NCBI GenBank assembly: GCA_031285625.1
Contig: JAITVV010000080.1
Location: 55,902 to 119,901 of the forward strand
Length of the DNA stretch: 64,000 bases
From: Prevotella sp.
Lineage (GTDB): Bacteria > Bacteroidota > Bacteroidia > Bacteroidales > Dysgonomonadaceae
Direction: 5' to 3'
Part shown: positions 21,581-29,601 of the stretch, one piece after another
Numbering within the stretch: the first letter of the stretch is position 1
How the letters are laid out: every line of letters starts with the position of its first letter
Made by a program: the position numbers and the translations under genes
Notes under the pieces: model-generated
Told to the model about the DNA's origin: nothing
Seen by the model: the letters and a program-made list of their open reading frames with translations, nothing else
Databases searched by the model: none

Positions 21581-22786
21581 ATGAAACGCGGACATGCCGA
21601 TTTACCCCTTCATTATGGAACAGTACCACCTTGGTTAGCTCAGCGGATGAGCTTACTGGGCGGAGCTATTGTAGAAGCTATTGTAATGGAATATGGGCGG
21701 CCTGCCCTTTTACAGCGGCTTAGCGATCCCTTTTGGTTTCAGTCTTTGGGTTGCGTGCTTGGTATGGACTGGCATTCGTCCGGTATTACCACATCGGTAA
21801 TGAATGCGCTTAAGAAAGCTGTAAATAAACGGTCGGCCGAACTGGGTGTATACATCTGTGGCGGCCGTGGAAAATCGTCACGGCAAACACCTGCCGAATT
21901 GCTCGAAATTGCAAATAAAACAGGGCTGAACGGAGAAGAACTTGTCCGCAACAGTAAGCTGTCGGCAAAGGTAGATAATACGGCCATTCAGGACGGGTTT
22001 CAGCTCTATCTGCACTCTTTTGTACTTACTATAGACGGCGAGTGGGCTGTAATTCAGCAGGGTATGAATGGTAACAACCGCATGGCAAGGCGTTATCACT
22101 GGCTTTCGTCCTCTATCCGCTCTTTTATGGAAGAACCGCACACATCTGTTTGTGGAAAGAATCAGGGATTGATACTTAACCTGACAGATAAACTTGCTTC
22201 ACCGACCAAAGATGGTATAATAGAACTAACCAAAGAACTACCCGATAAACTGATGAATGAGGTTTCTATTATTTTACCAAACCATCATGATGTAAGAGCA
22301 GAAGATGTAAACCTCAAACGATTGGGAGCCGCTCTCATACTGGCTCACGAAACAGACATAACGGATATGGAATCCTTGCTTTTGCTGGAGGGGGTAGGGC
22401 CTCGTACCGTACAATCCCTTACGTTGGTGAGTGAAGTAATACATGGTACACCTTCGCGCTTTTCCGATCCGGCACGTTTCTCATTTGCGCATGGTGGTAA
22501 GGATGGGCATCCTTTTCCGGTGCCTACACGTGTGTATGATGAAACGATAGAAATTTTTGATAAGGCTATTCATCAGGCCAAACTAGGCGACAAGGATAAA
22601 TCGGATGCCTTGAAGAACCTGTCTAAAATATCGCAGGAGATGGAGAAAGACTATACTCCAAACGATTATTTCGATGATCTGGTACAGCATGAACGTGATA
22701 CGTCGTACAAGTATGGAGGCAAAACCGTATTTGGTGATGCTAAAAAGCCCAAAGATAAAGGTACTCAGTTGAGCCTTTGGGATTAA
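21581..22786 (+). CDS. DUF763 family protein (contains a helix-hairpin-helix motif)
   Basis: ADLPLH.G.VPPWL, GMDWHSSG.TT, GVGPRT, FAHGGKDGHPFPV. Confidence 0.85.
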   Translation: MKRGHADLPLHYGTVPPWLAQRMSLLGGAIVEAIVMEYGRPALLQRLSDPFWFQSLGCVLGMDWHSSGITTSVMNALKKAVNKRSAELGVYICGGRGKSSRQTPAELLEIANKTGLNGEELVRNSKLSAKVDNTAIQDGFQLYLHSFVLTIDGEWAVIQQGMNGNNRMARRYHWLSSSIRSFMEEPHTSVCGKNQGLILNLTDKLASPTKDGIIELTKELPDKLMNEVSIILPNHHDVRAEDVNLKRLGAALILAHETDITDMESLLLLEGVGPRTVQSLTLVSEVIHGTPSRFSDPARFSFAHGGKDGHPFPVPTRVYDETIEIFDKAIHQAKLGDKDKSDALKNLSKISQEMEKDYTPNDYFDDLVQHERDTSYKYGGKTVFGDAKKPKDKGTQLSLWD

Positions 22787-22849
22787 AGCTACATCTATAA
22801 ATTATCTAAAAGATTATCTAATTATAAGGTCTTTGGCATAATCAGTAAT

Positions 22850-22962
22850 AGAAATAAAAGTTACAATTAAAAGTCTGTCAAAAGGTGTTACTTTTGTCAC
22901 CTTTTTGCTTTAGTGATTTGTATATCATGTGTTTAATAAAAATGAGAATTTGTCACTTTTTT
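22850..22962 (+). repeat. GTYAC-rich dispersed repeat, copy A
   Basis: AAAAGTTACAA...AAAGGTGTTACTTTTGTCACCTTTTTG...TTTGTATATCATGTGTTTAAT...GAATTTGTCACTTTTT; aligns by eye with copies B, C and D. Confidence 0.8.
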
Positions 22963-23024
22963 GCTTTATGATTTTTTTATATGATCAGCCTCCTTGTCAT
23001 TGGCTCCGCTTCGCTCTGCCGAAC

Positions 23025-23108
23025 GTTGTTTCTGAGTGTAATGAAGAATCTCTTAGCTTCTTTCCTTGATAAATGGGTCGGGATGTTTCACTTCGTTCAA
23101 CATGACAA
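23025..23108. repeat. REP-like palindromic doublet
   Basis: TGTTTCTGAGTGTAATGAAGAATCTC and GGGATGTTTCACTTCGTTCAACATGACA resemble the GTCATnCTGAGCGnAGCGAAGAATC REP family in inverted arrangement. Confidence 0.6.
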
Positions 23109-23172
23109 ATGAAACAAATAAAAATTGCCTGGATGATCATCTGATTATACACTTCTTTAGCATATTTCGGAG

Positions 23173-23302
23173 AAGAATAAAGTAACAATAAAAACTATGT
23201 TTGAAAGTGTTACTTTTGTTACCTTTTTGTTGTACTATTTTGTATATCATGTGTTTAATGAAGATGGGAATTTGTTACTTTTTCAAAATCTGTCACTTTT
23301 TT
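23173..23302 (+). repeat. GTYAC-rich dispersed repeat, copy B
   Basis: TAAAGTAACAA...AAAGTGTTACTTTTGTTACCTTTTTG...TTTGTATATCATGTGTTTAAT...GAATTTGTTACTTTTT. Confidence 0.8.
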
Positions 23303-23419
23303 CATATATACATGTATAATCGGACGGAAATTCATCCTAAAGAGGCAATTTATAAGGCATTTAACCGTTATTTAAATAAATTGTACTTACTTTGCACTCC
23401 ATTATCACTATCATTGTGA

Positions 23420-24358
23420 ATGAAGCTTAACTATATAATATTATTCGTTTTATTTCTTGTTCTCGAAACCACTAGTGTTTATGCACAATGGGATACACAG
23501 ATCAGTCAATATTGGCGGATGAAGAATTTCTATAATCCTTCATTTATAGCAGGGGAGAATGTTATAGAGGCTTCTCTATTGCATCGTCGCCAATGGGTGG
23601 GGATCGATAATGCTCCTGTAACATCACTAGTTTCGCTTAACATGCCTCTGAAATTTCTTGGAAAAGAACATGGAGTGGGGGTTATGGTAGTAAATGATAA
23701 GCTTGGTCTGTTTTCTAATACATCGATGATGGGACAATATTCCTATAGATTTAAATTCAAGAAAAACAGATATTTGAGTATCGGATTACAAGCCGGATTG
23801 ATAGATGTTGGTTTCGATGCTTCAGATATAGAAATACCGGACGACCAAAAGACAGGTATAGAACTGCCTCCGGCAATAGGAGATAAGAAACTGGATGTAG
23901 GCTTAGGTATTTCGTGGGTAACGCCAAAATATTATGTAGGAGTGTCCACAACCCATATTTTAGAACCAAAATTTGATATGGATGATGAACATTCTACCTC
24001 TATTGGGCGTATATATTATATGGTAGCAGGATACAATATTCAGATGAATAATCCGTTAATAGAATTGCAACCTTCTGCTCTCTTTAAATCTGATGCTGTA
24101 ACCTATCAATTAGACGTAACGGCAAAAGTTGAATATAAAAAGATGTTCAATGGAGGAATATCTTGGAGAAAAGGAGACGGTTTTGTATTTTTGTTGGGCG
24201 TAAAAATAAAAAATATAGATGCGGGCTATTCATACGACCTTTCGACATCAGCGATATCGAAGGTTAGTAGTGGAAGCCATGAGTTGTTTATACGCTATTG
24301 TCTTCCTCTCGAAAAGAGAAAAGATAGGCATACCGGCAAGAGTATAAGAATACTTTAA
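23420..24358 (+). CDS. porP: T9SS PorP/SprF-family outer-membrane beta-barrel
   Basis: Signal peptide; Q.SQY....FYNP, R.QWVG..AP, GYSYD...S.GSHE motifs. Confidence 0.92.
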   Translation: MKLNYIILFVLFLVLETTSVYAQWDTQISQYWRMKNFYNPSFIAGENVIEASLLHRRQWVGIDNAPVTSLVSLNMPLKFLGKEHGVGVMVVNDKLGLFSNTSMMGQYSYRFKFKKNRYLSIGLQAGLIDVGFDASDIEIPDDQKTGIELPPAIGDKKLDVGLGISWVTPKYYVGVSTTHILEPKFDMDDEHSTSIGRIYYMVAGYNIQMNNPLIELQPSALFKSDAVTYQLDVTAKVEYKKMFNGGISWRKGDGFVFLLGVKIKNIDAGYSYDLSTSAISKVSSGSHELFIRYCLPLEKRKDRHTGKSIRIL

Positions 24359-24442
24359 GAGATTGATTATATACAAGTTTACAAACATACAAATAAAATA
24401 AACTAAAGGCCGCTGGGATAGTTCAGGGCATTGAAAGTAAAT

Positions 24443-25864
24443 ATGAAACATTTGTTTTTTGCAATAATAGCTTCACTTGCATTGTTTACATCCTGCGGTA
24501 AATCTGTGGGATCAGGCATCGGAGGTGAGGTTACCGGCGAGAAAGGATCGTCGTGGGCAGAACCTTCACCCTATGGTATGGTATTGGTTTCGAGAGGTTC
24601 AATAGAAATGGGACCTGCCGAAAACGATTCTTTGTGGGATATCAAAGCTAATCCGAAAGGGGTATCTGTTGATAACTTCTGGATGGATGAAACTGAGGTT
24701 ACCAATTCTAAGTATCGTCAGTTTGTTTATTGGGTTCGCGATTCTATTATCCGGGAACGGCTTGCCGATCCTGCTTTTGGCGGTGATGAAACATTCAAGA
24801 TCACAGAAGATAGATATGGAGATCCTGTAAAACCGTACCTGAACTGGAAGAAAGCTATTCCTAAAAGACCACTGGAAGAGGAAGAACTGGCTATAAACAG
24901 TGTTACGTTCCTGCATCCTATAACAGGTGTACGTGGTCTTGACCCTAGGCAAATGAACTTTAAATACGAATGGTTTGACTATACAGAAGCTGCAAAGCGT
25001 AGAAACAGGCTTATACCTCAGGAAAGAATCCTTAATACAGATATTACTGTGGATCCTAACCAGTCTGTTATGATATCGAAAGATACTGCCTACATTAATG
25101 ATGAAGGGCTTCCTGTAAACGAAACTATTGTGCGTCTGTTGAGTTCCCTGTTCGATTTTGTGCATACCAAGATTGTAAACATATATCCGGATACTACCGT
25201 TTGGGTAAATGACTTTAATAATGCATATAACGAACCTTATATGCGTATGTATTTTACACATACAGGCTATAATGACTATCCTGTTGTTGGGGTAACATGG
25301 GAGCAGGCAACAGCATTTTGTGAGTGGAGAACTGCTTTTTACAGGATGGGGCAACCTAGAAATGGACGTCCTATCGAGAATTTCCGCCTGCCTACAGAAG
25401 GTGAATGGGAGTTTGCAGCGCGTAATGGTAAAACAGAAAACAAATATCCGTGGGATAAAGAAGGAACAATGGATGAAAAGGCATGCTTTATGGCGAACTT
25501 TAAACCGGGAGAAGGTAACTATACGAAAGATGGTAACCTGATTCCTGCACGTGTTGCCTCTTATGTTCCAAACCGCTTTGGAGTCTACGATCTTGCCGGT
25601 AACGTATCGGAATGGACATCTACAGCTTACACCGAATCAGGAACTGCGCAAATGAATGATATGAATCCTCAATATAAATATGATGCTGCTAAAGAAGACC
25701 CCTATTCTATAAAGAAGAAGGTTGTAAAAGGTGGTTCATGGAAAGATATAGGTCGTAATATCAGAGGAGATATGAGAGAGGGTGAATTCCAAAATCAGCC
25801 CCGCTCATACATCGGGTTCAGATGTGTGAGAACTCAGATCGGTTTTGCAAAATCTAAGAAGTGA
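24443..25864 (+). CDS. porK: T9SS lipoprotein PorK/GldK (FGE-sulfatase fold)
   Basis: Lipobox FTSC; PYGMV, MDETEVTN, YPVVGVTWEQA, RLPTEGEWE, GNVSEW, GFRCV. Confidence 0.92.
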   Translation: MKHLFFAIIASLALFTSCGKSVGSGIGGEVTGEKGSSWAEPSPYGMVLVSRGSIEMGPAENDSLWDIKANPKGVSVDNFWMDETEVTNSKYRQFVYWVRDSIIRERLADPAFGGDETFKITEDRYGDPVKPYLNWKKAIPKRPLEEEELAINSVTFLHPITGVRGLDPRQMNFKYEWFDYTEAAKRRNRLIPQERILNTDITVDPNQSVMISKDTAYINDEGLPVNETIVRLLSSLFDFVHTKIVNIYPDTTVWVNDFNNAYNEPYMRMYFTHTGYNDYPVVGVTWEQATAFCEWRTAFYRMGQPRNGRPIENFRLPTEGEWEFAARNGKTENKYPWDKEGTMDEKACFMANFKPGEGNYTKDGNLIPARVASYVPNRFGVYDLAGNVSEWTSTAYTESGTAQMNDMNPQYKYDAAKEDPYSIKKKVVKGGSWKDIGRNIRGDMREGEFQNQPRSYIGFRCVRTQIGFAKSKK

Positions 25865-25872
25865 TTGAAAAG

Positions 25873-26910
25873 ATGAAAAAAATATATCAAATAGCAGCCT
25901 TATTAATTTGCTCTCTGTGTTTTGCATCTTTGGCATATGCACAGGATCAACCGGAGTCTCTCCGCGACAGGCTGGCTAAGAAACAACAGCAACAACAAGG
26001 TACTGCGCAAGATAATGGTCCTAAGGTACCTCAATTATCTGTCCGTGCCGAAATGATGAATGATACACAAACTCAGGATTTGTCGAATGCAACATGGATA
26101 CGCGAAGTATACCGTTTTCTTGACCTTACAAAGGGAAAGAATGCAGCTTTATTTTATCCGGTTCAACCCGTTGGAAATCAGATGAATTTCTATACAATGA
26201 TTTTTAAGCTGATGGGTGATGGAAATTTGGTTGCCTATGATTGGAATAATGGAAAGGATCTATTTGTAGATAAGCTCCGGGTTAATTTTGGAGATGTTCT
26301 GGAAAGGCTGGAGATACCATATCAAAAAAATGGAAATGCCTATTCTTATGATGAATTTAGTATTCCTAGCAATGAGGCATTGGGCTATTACATCAAAGAG
26401 GCATGGTATTTCGATCAGTCGAACTCTGTACTGGGTGTAAAAACAGTGGCTATTTGTCCTGTCTTGTTTCGTCAGGAATATGTTGATGGAATCGACTTGG
26501 GTACAGATCAGGGATTGCGTGAGCCTCAGTTCTGGATTCCTTACGAGAATATTCGTCCGTATGCTGCCCGTATGCCCATTATGGCTTCTGATAAGAATAA
26601 TGTGATGAATAAGACTATCGATGACTATTTCCGTATGCGATTGTATGAAGGAGAAATATACATGACTACAAATATGGAAAATAAGGTCTTGAGTCAGAAA
26701 TATACAACACCAGAAGCTTTAAAAGAAGCTCAGGAAAAGATTGAAGGTGAATTAAAGGAGTTTGATAAGGAATTATGGGTGTTGAATGATTCAATCAATA
26801 ATTTACCTGTAAATAATAAGTCGAAGAATACTAAGACAAAGGCGCCTAAAATGAGTAAGCCTAAAAATTCATCATCTGGTGCTACATATTCGGCCAGAGA
26901 CAGGAGGTAG
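25873..26910 (+). CDS. porN: T9SS periplasmic ring protein PorN/GldN
   Basis: W.REVYR.LDL...N..LFYP, IKEAWYFD...S, AICPV, FWIPY, E...FD.ELW. Alternative GTG start at 25861 overlaps the porK stop. Confidence 0.88.
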   Translation: MKKIYQIAALLICSLCFASLAYAQDQPESLRDRLAKKQQQQQGTAQDNGPKVPQLSVRAEMMNDTQTQDLSNATWIREVYRFLDLTKGKNAALFYPVQPVGNQMNFYTMIFKLMGDGNLVAYDWNNGKDLFVDKLRVNFGDVLERLEIPYQKNGNAYSYDEFSIPSNEALGYYIKEAWYFDQSNSVLGVKTVAICPVLFRQEYVDGIDLGTDQGLREPQFWIPYENIRPYAARMPIMASDKNNVMNKTIDDYFRMRLYEGEIYMTTNMENKVLSQKYTTPEALKEAQEKIEGELKEFDKELWVLNDSINNLPVNNKSKNTKTKAPKMSKPKNSSSGATYSARDRR

Positions 26911-26937
26911 ACTTCATAAATCGATATAGTGAATGGG

Positions 26938-26964
26938 AAGAGTAGCATTTTGCTACTCTTTTTT
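26938..26964 (+). terminator. Intrinsic terminator after porN
   Basis: AAGAGTAGCA-TTT-TGCTACTCTTTTTT. Confidence 0.8.
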
Positions 26965-27214
26965 CATTAATTGATATACGTATATTACATTATTATATAA
27001 TATTTATTCTGTATATGTTATATTGATACAATCAATTCTGATTTAGTGTTAATATGTTTTGTTTTTTGTCTTTTATCTCTATCTTTGTACTGTGATTTAG
27101 GTTATTTAATTTATTATAAGATATAGACCAGAGAATACCATGATACCATAGGTGTTCTCTGTTTTTTTATGTCTTATAGGTAATAAAGATTGTTTAATTA
27201 AGAAAAGATTGGTT

Positions 27215-27580
27215 ATGAAAAGGTTATTAATTTTATTTGCTGCTATTGCAGGTTTTAGTATTAGTTCATTTGCCGAAAAGGATTATGAGGTACTTTGGGT
27301 ATTGAATAACAAATCGACTTTCAATACAGTTACAGACTATGTACAAGCTAGCCCTAATCAACAGGCATTGATGAAGAATATATTTTATGATTCAGCAGAG
27401 AAACTCAAAGATGCACTTATTGAGAACGATCTGCAAGCTGCCGAAAAGGCATTATACTTTAATCTTGTAAATGTAAAATCGGTTTTGACTGTTGACCAGT
27501 ATAAAAAGTATTTGACAATATTAAATGCTACAATACATAATCAGCAAGATAAGTATTTGGCACTTTCCAAGAATAAGTAA
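27215..27580 (+). CDS. Hypothetical secreted helical protein
   Basis: Sec signal MKRLLILFAAIAGFSISSFA; start moved to ATG 27215. Confidence 0.75.
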   Translation: MKRLLILFAAIAGFSISSFAEKDYEVLWVLNNKSTFNTVTDYVQASPNQQALMKNIFYDSAEKLKDALIENDLQAAEKALYFNLVNVKSVLTVDQYKKYLTILNATIHNQQDKYLALSKNK

Positions 27581-27594
27581 GAAAGTAATTTATA

Positions 27595-27636
27595 AAATAA
27601 AAGAGGATATCTGATTTCAGATATCCTCTTTTATTT
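27595..27636. terminator. Bidirectional terminator
   Basis: AAATAAAAGAGGATATCTGA / CAGATATCCTCTTTTATTT inverted repeat between convergent genes. Confidence 0.8.
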
Positions 27637-28690
27637 GTAATCTTTTTTTCTTTATATTATCTATTATTAATACTATAACTAAATAGATAGGCATAAGCAT
27701 AAGGAAAAAGAAAAATATAAAAATCATATATTCGGCTCTTCCTGAGGCGTATTTTCCTATTATAAAATTAGTCAGTGAGCATGAAATAAGATATAAGACC
27801 CAATAAATAAACGGAGCCATAATGCTTCCGGCGATTACTACAGGAGAGAATCGTTTGTTCGGATTTTTTATTCTATATCTTATAATAAAGTAAATATGAA
27901 AACTAATTAATAAAATGGATAAAATAAGAAAAAGACCTTCTGGTGTTAGCTTTATCAGCATTTTTGCTAACCAGCTTATTTCAGGTTTATAACTGATTAT
28001 AAGTTCATCTTGCGGTAATTCTGTAAAGTGAAGATGTGTAACAGTGCTGGTAAGGATTGAGTCCGAACTGATATTTGTTTCAAAGATACCTTTTATATTC
28101 GATGTGTTGATCTCTACATCAAGGCTACCAAAAGATCGCCAGTAACGTGCAGGTTTGAGATTATATTGTATTTTAAATTTTTTTATCAGGTCCCAATTAT
28201 CAACTTCTGCTTGTGCTGTATATTCTACATGTATTGTATGTTCCCCTTTTGTTAGGTCTATTTCAAAGTATTTCAGTCCTATGATATTCGGAACATCTTC
28301 CTTAGGATATCTTAGATAGTTATCTAAAGAGTCAATCCATTGAAGCGCATTCGGATTTTCATATGTAGATGGTATTCTTAGTACAGGTATAGTTTGATTG
28401 TCTAGCCATACTGAAAATGATCCGTCTTCAGCATAGCGATTAGTCATAGTGTCAAATATCATCGGAATTTGTTTTCCGTCACGGTCTGATTTTATTCTAT
28501 ATACTACAGTGAACTTTACAGTATAGAAGTCTATAAAAGTTATGAGCAAATGTTCGTGAAGTATATCTATATCTTTACTAGAATATGCCTCAGAGGTAAT
28601 ATCTCCTTTATGAATCGGAGAACTCATGTTTGCATATACTGATGTGTATAATGTAAAAAGAGTAATAAGTATTACAAGCCGTTTTAGCAT
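27617..28690 (-). CDS. Hypothetical protein: signal peptide, soluble domain and three C-terminal TM helices
   Basis: Long ORF with signal peptide and Y.L.PA..W..FG motif; 5 bp after porD. Confidence 0.7.
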   Translation of the reverse strand: MLKRLVILITLFTLYTSVYANMSSPIHKGDITSEAYSSKDIDILHEHLLITFIDFYTVKFTVVYRIKSDRDGKQIPMIFDTMTNRYAEDGSFSVWLDNQTIPVLRIPSTYENPNALQWIDSLDNYLRYPKEDVPNIIGLKYFEIDLTKGEHTIHVEYTAQAEVDNWDLIKKFKIQYNLKPARYWRSFGSLDVEINTSNIKGIFETNISSDSILTSTVTHLHFTELPQDELIISYKPEISWLAKMLIKLTPEGLFLILSILLISFHIYFIIRYRIKNPNKRFSPVVIAGSIMAPFIYWVLYLISCSLTNFIIGKYASGRAEYMIFIFFFFLMLMPIYLVIVLIIDNIKKKRLQIKEDI

Positions 28691-28695
28691 CCTAA

Positions 28696-29601
28696 TTACC
28701 TTAGGTTATTAATTATATGTCCTTTTGTTGGAAATATCTGATTCAGAGTCTTTTTGATACTTTGCTTCTCTTCGGCTGTTGCTTGTAAACTGATTTGTAC
28801 TATTTCATTCATTTTTGTTTCTCCAATGATCGTAAGCAACGGTGATGCAGGTCGCGCATCATATAATTTCTGAAGATCGGGTAAACATTCTATAATACGT
28901 ATTCTCCCACGTGATGCATTTGCAGCCATTTCATCTAATCCCATACGATGATAATTATACCAGAATGCATGAAAACTCTTAGAGCTCTCGTCAGTTAAGG
29001 CTACAGCAAGATCATAACGGTTGTCATTCTTTCCGGAGAAAGGTTCCCATCCCTTTGTATTAAGGGATTGTGCCATATTAGCGATTTCCATTGCTCTTGC
29101 AAAATAGGGTGCCCCTCCATTCAGCGAAAAAGAATCAAAATCCAACCCTATAACAATGTTAGCATAAAAAGAAAGTACAGCAACCAGATTGCTATTTAAT
29201 ACAATGTTATTTAGATCGAGAGATTCACCTTGGGTATAAGTAAATTCAAATTTTGTATCTCTGAAATTCAGTAGGGTAGCGATGTAAGTTGAATTATATA
29301 CTGGACGTCTCGACGAAACCTGTATTTCGGCAGAGAAACTATTATCTGCAGTCATCTCATTCATCGAAATGACTATAGTACAATCGATACGTTCATTCTT
29401 GTTGAAGTTTGTATCTGTCCATTTCTGATCATTCAATAATTGATTGACTGATCTTTCTAATGAAGAAAATAAAGCTTCGTTTGCTGCAGGTAGTTTACGG
29501 GTATTTAATGTAAGCTTCGCGTTTAGCTCCTGCGCCTTTATAGTAGCGGATATAAGTATTACTGATATGATGAATAAAACTAGTATTCTCATCTTATTCA
29601 A
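28696..29601 (-). CDS. porD: DUF4835 family protein (T9SS-associated PorD)
   Basis: AQELNA, F...ERI.C, SRRPVYNSTY, GLDFDSF...GG, YHR.GLD motifs. Confidence 0.8.
   Translation of the reverse strand: MNKMRILVLFIISVILISATIKAQELNAKLTLNTRKLPAANEALFSSLERSVNQLLNDQKWTDTNFNKNERIDCTIVISMNEMTADNSFSAEIQVSSRRPVYNSTYIATLLNFRDTKFEFTYTQGESLDLNNIVLNSNLVAVLSFYANIVIGLDFDSFSLNGGAPYFARAMEIANMAQSLNTKGWEPFSGKNDNRYDLAVALTDESSKSFHAFWYNYHRMGLDEMAANASRGRIRIIECLPDLQKLYDARPASPLLTIIGETKMNEIVQISLQATAEEKQSIKKTLNQIFPTKGHIINNLR

Noticed and set aside
22850-23302. Possible CRISPR array
   Set aside because: Only two long degenerate repeats about 320 bp apart, no regular repeat-spacer period and no cas genes.
22997-23419. Short ORFs of 63 aa and 72 aa
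   Set aside because: They translate REP-like and GTYAC repeat DNA (e.g. CHVERSETS), typical of spurious calls.
24599-25354. 251-aa minus-strand ORF
   Set aside because: Antisense shadow of porK with no recognisable motifs.
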